Source of the DNA: the human T2T-CHM13v2.0 reference genome, Homo sapiens
Length of the DNA: 64,000 bases
Direction: 5' to 3' (one strand)
Assembly: GCF_009914755.1 (NCBI RefSeq)
Contig: NC_060935.1
The position numbers and the translations under genes are program-made. Under the pieces are notes generated by a model that worked only from the letters and a program-made list of their open reading frames with translations, was not told the origin of the DNA and made no database searches. Each line of letters opens with the position of its first letter. The first letter of the stretch is position 1. This document shows positions 26,410 through 43,532 of this stretch, in pieces.

Positions 26410-26523
26410 CTTGACAATGAGCCCTTTAGAGTCCACCATCCAGATCTTTCTTGTGGCCTCTGCCTTCGGTACACCTTCTTTCTCTAGGGCCATGACAAGG
26501 AGGTGGGCAATGCCCATAGCTGC
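26410..26523 (-). CDS. ME3: ME3 exon (AAMGIAHLLV...IWMVDSKGLIVK)
   Basis: ttccag|GCA ... AAG|gtact; 114 nt, phase 0/0; IWxVDSKGL motif. Confidence 0.97.
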
Positions 26524-26821
26524 CTGGAAGGTACCATAGGGTAGATGTTCAGACACAGGGCAAACAGCTGCTGAACATTTATCTGATGTCTTGCCATAAG
26601 GACCCCCTTTTCTTTCCCCCACCTCCATGACTCCCAGGAGGCCCAATTAAGTCCTTGCCTTGAGACACCCAATTGTCAGAGCCTAGGCAGCTGCAATGAT
26701 CACAATATGTCTGTGCTGCTTCCTCTTTTCAGAACCCCAGAATGCCTCCCTTTTTTGGTATGCTTCCACCCATTCTTATTCTCTTCCTGGAGCAACCAAA
26801 GAAACCCTCAATGCCACATAC

Positions 26822-26919
26822 CTCGCCTGCACCTTGGAAAACAAACACGTGATTGGAAAGCTTGTTGTTGGTGATTCGCAGAGCAGCCAAGATCCCTGCC
26901 ACAGCAACGGAGGCTGTGC
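26822..26919 (-). CDS. ME3: ME3 exon ([11 protein letters not shown]...VFQGAGE)
   Basis: tttcag|GC ... GAG|gtatg; 98 nt, phase 1/0; GAGEAA dinucleotide-binding motif spans the next junction. Confidence 0.97.
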
Positions 26920-27299
26920 CTGAAACAGAGTGGCCTGAGATCAACCTCTGGCCACAGGCCGCCAGCTCCCAAGAGAAGACCCTTGGCAGAGTTCCCCACA
27001 TCTGGGACTGTGGAGGAACAGGCAACTTTTCTTAGCCCTTATGCCCTGTAGGCATGCAAGTTTTGGTGCAAATCCATGCTCTCTTTTGCAGATAACTTTT
27101 TTGTTGTTGAAGTTGAGAAACAGCTCCTGATTTGTTACTTGACCCCATAAGATGGGATCAGATAGCCAGGTGCTGCTACCATCATCATTCATAAAGAAAA
27201 TGACAAGGATAAATATAATGGAAGACAAAAAGAAGCATGAGCCTCATAGAATTATATAAGGGCTAAATGGATAAAAACATTTAAAAAAATGAGAACACA

Positions 27300-29896
<2,597 letters not shown>

Positions 29897-30547
29897 TGTA
29901 CCAATTATTGGGTAATTGTTTATTAGCTTCTTTACACTGCTTTGTCTGCAAACCACTTTTCAGCTTTGCCAACTTGCTCTATGCTGGGCTCTGCCAATAG
30001 TAGGTGCTAGAGGGAGACAAAGGCTAGATGAGGGGGATAATATGCTTCCCCCCCACCACCCCAGCATCATCCATCTTGTTAGGATTGCAAGGTAAAATGT
30101 AGGACACTTTGTAAAATTTGAATTTTAGATAAACAACAAGATTTTTTTAAGTATAAGTATGTCCTATGCAATATGAGCATAAATACACTAAAAATTATTT
30201 GTTTCTAACACCAAAATTTAACTGAGTGTCCTGCATTTTGGTTTTGCTAAATCTGGCAGCCCCACAGCCTTAGTTCTTCAACTCCATGGCAGCAGTTTGT
30301 TCCTGAAGCAGAAGTTGAACCCGGTTTGCAGTTTGGCTGTCACTGAGAGAACTAGTCTCATAGCTGCCACTCAGTGACACCAACGCCACTAACTGCCACC
30401 TCCTCTTTCCTTTGTTCCCTTAGCCTCAGAAGTTGTAGCAGATCCTTAGTGTTTCTTTTTTGGCTTTTGAATTCTTTAATAGACAATTAACATTTTAAAA
30501 AATATTAAGTGTTCTCTATTAAAGCAAGTGGTATAGACTCTGATACA
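29897..30547 (+). mobile_element. Probable 3' ERVL LTR, interrupted by MER53
   Basis: Starts TG immediately after the PPT-like tract; ATTAAA near 30520; ends ...CTGATACA. Confidence 0.5.
30080..30263. mobile_element. MER53 palindromic hAT MITE (partly decayed)
   Basis: AAATTTGAATTTTAGATAAACAAC...AGTATAAGTATGTCC and ...GCTAAATCTGGCAGCCC match the recalled MER53 consensus. Confidence 0.7.
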
Positions 30548-32799
30548 GAGAGCTCACAATAAAGTAATCACAATCAGCAACACTCCATGATGGTGAAACC
30601 AAAACAAAACAAAGCAAAAGGAAATTAAAGTAGGACTATTTATGGCTTACTACATTTGGATAATTAAAAAAATTGTTGTCATCTATGGCTGGTGAGGAAG
30701 GAATGAAAAGTAAAATGTTCCAATATACTTTGTGTTTTAAAGTGCTACAATCTTTAGTGAGAACTGTTTCCCCATCTAGAGCAAAGGCATAAAATATTTT
30801 TGCCCTTTGACCTTATACTTCTACTTTTGAGAATCTCTATATAGAAAAGTCCAAAATGTATATACTAGGATGTTTATGACAGTGTTATTTATAATACAGA
30901 ATGCCTGGAAATAACCTACACATCTAACAAAGGAGTAATGATTAAGTAAAGTAGCCAGTGTAGACACAGTAGACTGTTTTATAGCTATTAAAAATGATCA
31001 TCATGAATATTATGCAGCAACATGGAAAATGCTGTGAAGCTAGTCACTAACATCAGATATTGTTCCAAGTACTTTATATGTCTTAACATGAAGACAGTTA
31101 TTCATTTAATCCTCATTATTGCCATCCTCATTTTACAGATTGGGAAAATAAGGTATGGTTTGCTGAATTGTACAAGATCATATAACAGAGCCAGGATGTG
31201 AATCCAGGGAATCAAGCTCTAGGGCCTGTGTGCTTAAGCACTAACCTATGTTCCATTGAGTTGGCTGGAAGGAAGAGAACATTAAATAGTATGCATTTAT
31301 CACACACATAGAATCCAGAAGGAACTTACAAAATACTAATGGTTGCAGGGTGGGAGTATGAGTGAATTTTCTATATTCTCTGTTTCTAGTTTTCCAGGTG
31401 GCTTATTTTTAGCTAGCTCTGGGGTGGGCCTTCTCCTAGATTTATACTTGGCTCAGTGGCTGAGATAGGGGGTACAGCAAACAGTTGGTGGCCAATAAGT
31501 GCACATTCATCATTGTGGACATCAGAAGGCGGGACTCTATGCAGGATCATACTTCTCAGAAGATGGGGTGCAGGCACCCCTGTCTTCACACAGCTGTGGC
31601 CTAGAGGGAGTGCTGAACTGTTGGCAGTGTCACAGAGACAGGGCTAAGGATACTGGGACTTCCTAACATCCTTCCCATGGTCTGCAAAGTACACAGTGTG
31701 CACCCTCTGAGGGCCTACAAAGTGACAGGCACCATGCTAGGCACTGTCGAAGACAGATGAATCAAACATGATCCCTGCCATCAGAGAACTCCCAGTTTAC
31801 TAAAACTTGGGCACAAAACAGTAGAACACAGTGGGTAGTCAGAGATCACTGGAAATTGTTACATTCATTTATTTTTTGAGCATCAATTATGAACCAGGCT
31901 CAGGTACTGAGGATACCATGGTAACAAAATAGACCAAGCTCATTTCTGTTTGTAAGGAAAGAAATTACTAAATGATTACAAGTGTGATGGCTTTTATAAA
32001 ACAGTTGTTCATGACATACTTTTTGTTAGTTTATGTACAGAAAAGTATGTTATCAGTATCAACCTACCTCTGCAGTGCCTCCCCGTGTACTCCATGTACC
32101 AGTAGCTTTATTCATTGTTCCCTACACATATCATGCATGTTTATACTTAGGTACATTTCCCCTGCTATTCTACCTATCTAGAAGACCATTTTGCAGTTCA
32201 TTATTCCTTAAGACTGCCCAAATGATCAGCAAGACATTCCTTGCTACCCCAGGCATCCTTAACCATGCCTCCTTTTCCCATATCTACTTTTTTATCTAAC
32301 CTGAATGAAGCTGGACTATATCATGATCAGGCTCAGCACTGTACTGCATTCAAAAGAAACACCAAGCTGACATCCAAGGAAGTATCAACAAGCAGTTTAA
32401 ATAAGTACCTTTTTAAATCACTTAAAGAAAGGGCGAGGAGAATTGCATTGTATGACCCTCTTCTGAAATCCCCAAATCCCCTTTGTCCTTAATTTTCTCC
32501 AAAGTCCACTTATTATGTGGCACTCCCTATTTTCTCTGCCTCCCTCCAAGTAACTCCATACTTCTTACTCTCCGCCCATAAAACTCTCTTTCATTTCAGT
32601 TCTACGGAGTCAGAATTTATATTTAAAAAGATCTCCAGATGATTTGTATGCCATTCCAGTTTGAGATGCACTGAACTAGATGGCGTCTCTAGGTGAGGTA
32701 CTAGTTTCCTGCCATTGGCTAGCGGGAGTTTTCTGCTCATCGGAGTCTGTTTCAGGACAGCCTTTTGCCTCCCTGAAAGGAGGGGTTGCGCAAAGCATT

Positions 32800-32818
32800 T
32801 GCCACCAGATGGCGCCAA
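32800..32818 (+). promoter_or_regulatory. Strong CTCF motif
   Basis: TGCCACCAGATGGCGCCA matches the CCASYAGRKGGCRS core. Confidence 0.7.
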
Positions 32819-35800
32819 AGGTATTCCATCAGAGATGATCCCGCAGACACTACACTCTGGATGGGTCTTTTTCTTTTTGGGTGTCAACCGTCTTCTGGGG
32901 TTATTTGCAGGTTGAATAACTGGGCTTCCTCACAGAAATTCGGTGCTGGATGGGGATTGGAGATCATGGCATTTAACAGTTGTACAGATGAGGAAATTGA
33001 CAGAGAAAGGTGGCTTGGCCCTGTCAGTCACCCAAAGCAAGGAAACCTGGGGGTTTCCTTCCCAGGTTTGCTTCCATCCCTTCATGATCTCTGCTGCTCA
33101 GACAGCCCTTCCTGACTATAGTTGAAGGCAGCAGGAGAGGTGTTATGGGGTTTCTCTGGGGAAGGACGGAGCAGGGTGGTAGCAGAGGCAGAGGGAAGTG
33201 AACTTAGGCAGTAGATGTCAACATTCAGCTGTACCTCTGGAAGGGGAGGGGAGCTCAGAACAATGGGAAATCTGATGGGAAAGAGTCACACATTACAATA
33301 AAAGGATGCAAGGTCAGCTGCCATTTATTGATCACTCTTACTGTGGCCTTGGCTCTGTGCTGTGTGCTTACCAGCACAGGATTTGCTCAATTAATCTTCC
33401 CAACAACTCCATGAAGTAGGGACTACTGTGCTCCTATTTTTTGCCCTTAAAAGTGGAGAGTGACGCTCAAGGGAAATGGAACTAATCAGGACAGAACTTC
33501 TGAATCCTTTCACCACCAAGTCTTCAGACCCTCTGCCTCCAATGTCCAAGTACTTGCTTTTCCCCCTGTTACCATCGATGCCTCCCTGCTTCTAGCTAAA
33601 GCACCACTTGTCTAATGGATCCCATCATTTTTGCCTACTTGTCCCATTATTCCCACTCCTATTTCCTGCATATTCAATTTTGCCCTCTCTACTGGATCAT
33701 TCTCATCAGCATACAAATACACTGTAAAACTTCCATCTTTAAAAGGCCCTCCCTTGGTCCTATATGTCCCACCCTATTTCTTACTCTCCTTTATAGGCAA
33801 ACTCTTCTAGAGAGCTGAATATATTAACTGCATCTAGTTCCTTCCTCCTTGGTCCCCATGAAACCCAGTCCAATCAAATGACTGACCCACCTCTTGTCAG
33901 GGTCCCCAAGTACCTCCAGGTGGCCAAATTCAGTAATCAGTTCTCAGCCTTCTTCTTTCTTGACCTCTCAGCAGCATTTGGTACTGTTGCCCATTTTTTT
34001 CCTTTGGGAAGCTATTTCTGCACTTGGTACAGGCCAGAACTCAAGAGGAAAAACAGTGGTTCTTAAGCTCCAAATTACAAAATTTGGCAAATAAAGTTAT
34101 CTCCATCATTAACCTGCATTTTTGGGGTGCTCTTGGGCTATGCACTAGGGGTTTAAAACTGGAAAGGAAGCTACTTAGCTGTTTCGAGGTAACCACTCTG
34201 AGAAGCCCATGGGTCCAGGGATGTGCTGGAACATGACTTGTGCCCATAAATGCCATGGGCAGCTGAAAGTGTGGCAGGTTGTTCCTATTCATGGTAAAAG
34301 AAAAAGAAGTTTTTTTTTCCAGAGGGAGATTTCCATAATTACATTTCCTGCAAACTGAGTACTTGAGGTTGTAGCTTCAGGAAATAGCACAAAAGGACAT
34401 GCTGAAAATGTAGTTTCTGCTTTTAATAGTCAGATTTGACAAAGTTAAAGGAGTTGCCATGCTGAACAATAGATTATTGGAGGAAAGAATTTACTGCTTT
34501 ATCAGGTAAGGGAAAACTTCTGACCCAGGCAGCAAGAAGGACAGAAAGAGTTAGGCTCTGTCAGGGTCTGGCCACGGTGGCTTTAGAGGCCTGGATCCCT
34601 ATTGGGACAGAACAACCTCTGCTATGAGGCCACACCTGCTTCCACGATCCATAAGAATTACCTTTCTACAGTAGATACTGCCATTCATTTATTCATTAGT
34701 ATGTGCTGAGTGTTTGTTCTGGGCCTTCTCTGGGCTAGGCCTCGAATAAATAAAGACAAATAAAAGTCTTGTTCTCAAATAAAACTCTCAAGGAGTTGCT
34801 AGCATAAGTGTTCCAAAAATTCAGATTCCCCTTTATTGGACACCAAGCAAAGGCTTTCTACATTACTTCAGTGCAATTTTGTGTCATAAGGGAATTTTCT
34901 GGAGCTCCTGGACTCTCTAGAGGGCACTTCTCTGGCCAATGGAGAAGATAGGGTTAGGCCTGTTTTGCCACAATTTGGAAAGAACCAGAAGGAATGATGA
35001 TCATCTTCTTGGCTTCTCTGGAGGTTCGGCTGTTGCAACAGCTAAAAGGGGAGATCTCGGAGGAGCCAGATACATGAGATCCACATGAACTTCAGGACTA
35101 GGAACAGCCCTGGAAGTGAAGAACAGCCTCAGAATACAGGACTTAGTGAAAAGGAAGGCTTTGGGAACAGAGGAGAGAAAAGGTTAAAGAGACCAGGGGA
35201 AGTTTCATGGCAGGGGGAGAGATCAAGGAAAGGCCTAGAACTGCTACTCAGTGTGTGTAGTGGTGGTGGTGGGTGAGAGAGAGGGCAGTTGACCCCCGAC
35301 AGCTGGAAATAATCCCTGGCATCTTGTAAACAAGACAAACGAGCTGCACGGTCTTCAGAGATGAGCCAGCCATTCCTGCCTGTCTGCCTCTTCCCTATTG
35401 TGGCATCTGAAGCCTGTGCAAAGTCCCCCACACCTTCCCTCTCCAACAAGGTCATTATCTTCCAGGGATGTATTTTGCATTTCTTGGCTGAGAACCCTAC
35501 CCCTGGCTCACTTTGAAGCCTTCTGTAAAGTGGGTGACCACCGTCCAGTGTCACTCCCAGATCCTGGGGAAGAGTGGGATCATTTAGAGTCTGTGGCTTG
35601 GCCCTGGATGCATTATCCTGGGGGAAGTGAAATGAGCCTTTATGGACAAACAGAAAGTAGTGAAGAACAGGAAGAGAATTCTAGGCAGAGGGACCAGCAC
35701 ATTCAAAATCATGGAGTTGGCAGAAAACTCACAGAAGAGTGACTAATACAATGGGCTGGAATAATAGGGAATATGTGGGAAAGGGGAGAAAAGTGAGATG

Positions 35801-37934
35801 GGGCCCTGCTTCTCTTCTCCCCAGAGTTCCCCAGTCCTGTGCTCACATGTGGCCCTCTCCTCACCTCCATCAAAATCTCTGCCTTAAGTCTCCTCTTTCC
35901 TTCTTCCCTCCCGTATCTGTGTGTCACGAGCCTATTAGGCATCAGAGATTATAGTAATAGGTACCATGAACTGAGTACTGCTACATGCCTGTCCCTACCT
36001 ATACATCACTTCAATCCTTACAACAATTCAGTGCCATAAACGGGTGTTGGAAATACTTAGCAAGGAATTGGCATAGGCTGCAACCAACCATAACAGATGC
36101 TGGCCTTATAAAAAAACCCTGACCATTCTGGTGGTACTAGCTGATGAGCAGTTGTGGCTGTTAAAACTGTTAAGTCCATTTTACAGATAAGGAAAGGAAG
36201 GTACCGAGAATTTCAGCCACTTGTCCAAAGCCACAAAGCAGGAAAATGGGGATTCAGACCTAGGCTTGTCTTGGTGAAATGTCTGATTGTTAAGCATTGG
36301 ACTCACAGGGGGTGCTAATAGCCTGACATAACACACAGGAGCCTTTATGGGCGTCTGGCCTGGAGATTTAGCAGGATTGGTGGACAATGCAGGTCCAGGG
36401 AAGGCTGGCCAGGTGGAGGAAGCTGCAGAGCTGATGAGCCAGTGGGGCTTTCCTGGCTCCAGCCATGCTGTGTGGTCAGCTTGCAGGTGGAGGCCAGGGA
36501 CCCACGGAAACTGGGTCAGCAGCACCCTGGACCTGGCCCCTTGTGTGGCTCTCCTTCCTTCCCCTGTCCCCAGTGTGACCATTCCCACTGCCTTTCCCCT
36601 TCTAGGCCTTTCTTTCCTCCCTAAGAGCAGAGATGCTTCTCTGGTCCCAGCTGAAACAACAAAAGTCACCTGAGCCTCTGCCTTTTCCAAAATTCCTGAG
36701 AGGCTGCCAGCAATGAGTCAGTGCATTGGCAGCTCTGATCACCAAGGACCAGCCTGGGCCTGGGCCAAGGCTTTATGTGGGTCTGAGCTGGGGTGGGAGG
36801 CAGAGATGATGAGAAGCCCTGGGGAGCTCTCTTCCCTTCAAGTGCTCGGGCTTCAGAGGCCCAGCCCCTTGGGGTCAGTGATTCTGAGCACATGGTACAG
36901 TGGGACTGGTTGGGAGACAGTCAAATAATGTGCCCTGGGCTCCTGCTCTGCACCAGGCATGGCCCTGCCCTCTGGGAGATCAGTAGAGTGGGGCTCCCGA
37001 GGATTGAATTCTATCTATCCACTGAGGATGTGAGGCTAGGCTGGTGTTCAGAGTAGGTAGCATGACCCTAGTCTCATTTTCATGTGGGTTGCTCGATTCC
37101 AGCCCCCTCCATGTGTGGTTCCCAAGAAGATTCTGAGAATCTGTCTCCAGCTCCCACGTGTGGTGTGATTTGGTTTCTGTTTACAACTATGATTCTGCAT
37201 CGCTTCCTCCTCCTTCCCACACTCCCTCTCACCCCTTCACTCCCAACCCTCTGTGGTTCTGTGCATGGAGATGCTCCTCTCCCATTATGAGCATGGCTTG
37301 TAGTCTTAAGTGGCATTGCTCCTTACTTTGTATTTGGAGATAAAGGGGGACCATTGCAGCATGGGCTGTATCTGCCATGTTGGCTCATTAGTCCTGGAAT
37401 TCCTTACCAGTCTTCTCATTGTCTGCTTAACAATGAGAACACACATCACAGGCTTCTGGCCTGGACCCATCCCTAACCAGCTTGTGACTGTGGGCCTCAT
37501 CTTCAGGTCTGCATTCTGTAGGAGTTAGAGGAAGGAATGGGAACGATGGGGAGGGCAGGATGACAGCAGCAGGATGCCAGGGAGCAGTGACACCCACACT
37601 GTTTCAGCAGGGTCTGGAATTTCATCCTTAACGAGAAGATACCCTCCACCACTTCACACGTGCAGGAGCAACAGGCAGCCTGATGCCATGGAGAGAGTGG
37701 AGAATTCCAAATCAGACATAATGGGGTTCCAGTTCCAGCTTTGTGTCTTTTGTCTGGCTGTGTGGCCGTGAGCAAGCTTTAACCCCCTGGGCTTCAGTTT
37801 CCTCATTAGTGACGTGGGACAGCTGTGTTTGTCCCCCAGTGAGGGAGGGGGGGATGTTGCCAGGCACTTGTAAGATAGTGAGGATGAAAAGCACTTTCAA
37901 CCTTAAGTTCTGTGTGCATGCAAAATGTTATTTG

Positions 37935-38290
37935 GTACAGTTTGGGTCCCCTGGAAGAAGATTCTGAGTTATATTGGAGTGTTCAGGATGTTTTTAGGAA
38001 GTGCCCTTGTGGGAAGGAAGGGAAGGAAGCAGAATGAGTTGAGAGGGAAGTTGAGCTGTGATGCAGGCCCCAAAGCCTCAGCCAGCTCCATGGGGAGCTT
38101 GAGTTGTCCTGCACTGGGCTAAAATAGTTAAGCCTTCATATTCCCTCATCACTGGGTGAGGCCAGGCCCTGGTGGGATGGCGAGGTGGCTCTCTCTCTCT
38201 GAGGCTCTGCATGATGTGCTGACAGCCTTGCTGTCAGCTGGGCAACAAGTCTTTCCTTGAAGGAGGATCTGGGTGGCGCATGCTCCTGCC
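37935..38290. mobile_element. Old ERVL-class LTR (LTR16-like)
   Basis: TTTGGGTCCCCTGGAAG...CTGAG start and GAAGGAGGATCTGGGTGG end, similar in layout to the element at 12125. Confidence 0.45.
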
Positions 38291-38665
38291 CACCTCTTTA
38301 TGGTTGTTAATGATATGGTCACACCTAAACATCAGGCTGAGCTGATCAAAGGCTGGTTCTTACAGGGCTCCTGCCATTCCAGCACTATTTGCCAGCTGTC
38401 CTCATGAGTTCTAGATTGATGGCTTTAGTCTTGAATTTCTGAGAAAAGAATGGGAAGTCCTTCTTCTCTTTGCTCTGGGACCCAGAAAACCATCCCACTT
38501 GGTTTTGCCTGGGAGCAAAATTGGCTATAGAGGCAAGACACAAAAACCAATGAATGTAAACAAATGGATTGATTTAATTAAAAACAAACAGCTCCATGTG
38601 TCTGCATGTGGGGTACACATGTGAATATGTATGAGCACATGTAGAGGTGCATTTATATGTGAGCA

Positions 38666-39024
38666 CAGTCAATCCTTGAACAACATGGGGTTGAGCTGTG
38701 TGAGTCCACTTATATGCAGATTTTTTCAATACATATATTTTTTAAAATTTTGGAGGTTTGTAACAATTTGCGAACACTCACAGATGAACTGTGTAGCCTA
38801 GAAATATCAAAAAAATTAAGAAGTTAGGTATGTCATGCATACATAAAATAGGGATAGATACTAGTCTATTTATGTGTTAATCCACTACTGATGTTATTAG
38901 TAAGGCTTCTGGTCAACAGTAGGCTATTAGTAGCTAAGTTTCTGGAGAGGCAAAAGTTATGCAGATTTTTGACTGTGTGGGGCATTGGCACCTGTAACCA
39001 CCACCTTTGTTCAAGGGTCAGCTG
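38666..39024. mobile_element. TcMar-Tigger non-autonomous element (Tigger2/MER28-like)
   Basis: Terminal inverted repeats CAGTCAATCCTTGAACAA / TTGTTCAAGGGTCAGCTG, followed by TA. Confidence 0.8.
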
Positions 39025-41412
39025 TACATGAATGATGACCTGGATAACAGAGAGGCTGCAGGGGCAGGTGTCCAGTGTAGACATACTCACATGAACAGGT
39101 GGGTGTGCTTATGAGGATGTCAGTTTGTATGTGTAGACATCATTCATATATTCTTTAAACATTTATTAGGCATCTATCATGTAGCAGGCGCGGTGCTGGG
39201 AGCTGGGGAACAAGAATGGATAAGGCATGGTTCTTGCCTCCAGAAGCTTATTATCTTCTGGGAAGGCAGACAATGCAATACAGGCTTTTGGGGTACAATG
39301 AAGTAAGAGAACTGACAGAGGGGAACACCTGAGGGGCACCCAAATCAGACTGAGGGAACAGGGGCTGATGGGCCTTCCCTGGGCAGGAGACCCTGGAGCT
39401 GGGTCTTTAAGGGTGAGTAGAAATTACTCAGGTAAAGATGATGGGAAAGGGTGAGCAGGGCTTTCAAACACAGAAAGAAATGGCAGGTAAGGAGGTCAGA
39501 GGAGTAAAATAAAGGGAAGGGCAGAGAGCAGAAGAAAGATCCCGAAGTCTTATATTTTCATTGAAGGGGTGTGAACTTTCTCATGAAGAGAGGGTGGCAT
39601 AGTGAGTGATACTTTCATCTCAGAGGCACATTATCGCAGCAGTTTGGGGGCGGATGGGCCTGGGGGGCTGCAGGGCCTGGCCGTGTTCCTGTGCCTGTGT
39701 TTAGGAGGATGTATACACATGTGGCTGTCTGTGTGTCTGTACAGCTGGAGGCTGTGCACTAGGTGTGCCGCCTGCATGGACTTGTTTTCCACTTCCACCC
39801 TCTGGCCTTGGCAGCCCGGTGGGCTCAGGGGACTGGCTGTCCTGCTGCTGATTCATGGGTGAATTCATGCTGGGGAGCCGGTCAGGCTCTAGCAGGCAGG
39901 TGCTTCCTCAGGGCCAAGGCACACTCCCACCTGCTGAGCTGACAATGAGGTGAGTGAGGGCAGTGAGAGAATGCTTCCCCCCACCAGCGCATCTTCCTGA
40001 ACTGCACAGCCCTGTCTGCGCAGTGTCCTGGCTTGTGTGGGTGAGGCCTGTCCCAGGCCTATGCAACAGGGTAAGGGGGAGACAGAATGGAGAAAGGCTG
40101 GCAGGGGGCACCATGTCCCAGCTTTCTCTTTTGGGTCTCCCCTCCCTCTGGATACCCACTCTTCAGGCACTGAAGTCATATATTTTAAACTAAATTTTCT
40201 AATAGTGTGTTCTAACTGTGCTATCTTGCCTCTTGAAAATGTATGACAAATACAAAAAGTCGTCTATCACATTTCTTATACCCTGTAATATGGACCATAA
40301 TGGGGAAAAAAGGGCAACTTGGTTTGTAATATAAGATCTGGGAATGGCATGGTGAATGGTTATAGACTGCAATTTAGAGTCTGAATGCCTGGGCTCAAAT
40401 CTCAACTCTATGCTTAATGGCTATAAAAGTTACTTACTCTTTTTCTGTCTCAGTGTTTTCATTCATAAGACAGAGATGCTAATGTCTCATCGGTTTAAAA
40501 CTGTAGAGTGCTTAGAACAGTGCCCGACATACAATAAGCGTTCAGCGATTAACCTTAGCTGTTATTACCTGAGTTTGAGTTCTTTTCTTTTAGATCTATC
40601 CCTGACTCACTTGAAGAAAAGTTGTGACCTCTTTGGGCCTCTGGAGAAGTCATCTGCAAAATGAGAAGTTGGCCAGCCTTTAGCAATCCAGGGCCAACAC
40701 CTGTCTCTTGCCAACTTATTCTTTCCACCTGACATGGATCTTTGATTTTTAAAAGATTGCTTGGCAAACTTCATTTGTTAAAACATCATCAAGGTTTCTC
40801 TCGGACTTTACAAAATGCTAGGAACAGCTCACAGTGCTCCTTCCTGTGCACTTCTAGATCAAGTGAGATGAATCCCTTTCCACTCCAGCTTTGGACACTG
40901 GTAACTCCACAGTAAGAAGCAAGTACCTTCAGATATTTCTGGGTCACAGAATAGATGACCAAAGGGAACCTGAACTAGAAGCTGCTTCATGTTGGCTTTG
41001 GAAGGCTCTGGGTTCTTGGTGTCAGTGTCTCTCTCAGGGTCATTATGAGCAACAAACACTTCAGTCAAAACCAGAGAAGGAATTGTCCTGACTTCCTGAC
41101 AGAGACACGCCTTGTATTTGGAAAGTCTAAAAGCAAGTTATTATGGCTGGGGAAGGCCATTTTTATGGTGATTGGTGCTTCGGTCTGATGAGTTTTATGG
41201 GTTAGTACTTTCTATAGCATTAGCCTTGTAAATTTTCACCATGCTCTTTCAAGGCAGTTGTTATCCTCTCCATTGACTAGATGATGAAACTGTGGTCAGA
41301 GAAGTGACTGGTTCATGTTTAACTTGCTAGTGAATTACAGCATTGTTTAGAATTTCTTACATACATTAAATCACATAATTCTTACCTACCTCTGAAGTAG
41401 TAATGATCTTCA

Positions 41413-41958
<546 letters not shown>

Positions 41959-43532
41959 TCAGCCAAGGCAGCATCACTATAGCTAAGGTGCGCTGGTGGC
42001 TCCCATGGCTGCCATGGCCAGCCCTGGGAGTGACAAGAGGGCCAAGGAGGGGCCTGCCCTCTGTGTAGCCTGTGGCCATCTGAGATCCCAGAAGAAAGCT
42101 CACTCCACATCCAAGTGCATGCAGACAGACCAGCTTCCCCACCACAAGTAGGTGGGGAGCCCCTGCATCCTCCAAATATCTCTCTTGCTGGACCCTGAGG
42201 CCTGGAGCTCTTCCACTAGAGACTCCTCTGGCACCAGGCATTGTTCTCTGGTAAGATGAAAGGATGGTTAGGAAAGGCCACTGCATTAAGACACTGTTAT
42301 CTACTAACATCTTGGTGAAGTTGTTCTCCAACTTGCAGGTGTAGAAGAATCAGTTACTGACCTTGTTTAAAAAGCAGGTCACCAGGCCCATCTCACAGAG
42401 TCTCACTCGGAGTGTGGGATGGGGTCAGGAACCTGCATTTTGAACAAGCACCCCAGATGGTTCTGATTCTGACAGCCCAGAGAACCCTGAGAAACAATGC
42501 CTTGTGGGTGAAGACAATGGCCATTAAGATGCTTGATGTGCCTTATTTAAAATCCATGCTAGCATTGCCTCCTAGATTTCATGGCCTTCCCTTAAAAATG
42601 ACTGAGTTTGTTCGAGTTTTGTAACCTATTTTTCCTTTTAACATTGCCTGTAAGGAAGCTGAGAGTGAAGTTTTTGCTCATTTGCTACAGGCCCCCTCAG
42701 CTTCTGTGGGCTTCTGCACACAGATTTCCCCTTTACTCCATTCTTGCTCTTTGATGCTGGTGTTTGATAGTTTTGTTTGTGTCTTTAGCCTTTCTGTAAG
42801 CAAGTGTAGTATGGATTATTAAAAACTACTTAATACATGGATAAAAATAGGTTTCACCTCATGGGTCAATTTGTGGCTGAGTAACAGCATCTGAGGTCAT
42901 GTCATTGAGAAAAAATGTCCTGATTGATCCATAAGAGGTGTCAGGGCATGTAACAGGTAGAAGTGGCCTGCCCTTCCAACCTGGTGACCTACAGGCTTGG
43001 GAGCAGCTTGGGACTGGCTGTGGAAATATTTATTACCTTGTTAGAGAAGGTGGGTGGGGCACATGCTTGGGGGGCTTCCTGTGCTCTCGGGGCATCTTTC
43101 TGATGAGGCTGGTGGCTATGAGGGAGTGAGGAGCACTGAAATGGCCCACAAAACATTTTTTCCAGCCTTATAATTTTGTGCATGGCTTATGCTGTCCAGC
43201 CCAAATACCAGTGGGTGGGCAAATATTTGTTCCTGCCGTGGTCCTTCCAGAACCTTAGCTAGTCAAGGCTGTTGGTAGAAGGACTGGGAGATGGATTCAC
43301 ATTACAGGGGCAGAAACACAGGGGCAGTGACTTGCCACAGTCCAGTGCTTAGAGTGCTGGGCGTGGGTTAGAAGGCCATAGGCCGGACCTGGCTCTCCAC
43401 ATTCAACTGAGTTACCTGCACATGTCACTTCACCTCTCTATTCTACCTCAGTTTCCCATCCATCAGTGGGCACAATAATATCTGCCTGGCTAACATCTGT
43501 GAACTATTGTGAGGGTTAAAAGCTGAGGGTGA

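Noticed and set aside
36181-36690. 169-aa ORF and overlapping ORFs at 35-38 kb; likewise 63 kb (159 aa) and 48-49 kb
   Set aside because: GC-rich intronic or L2/MIR sequence with no homology or coherent splice structure; consistent with chance.
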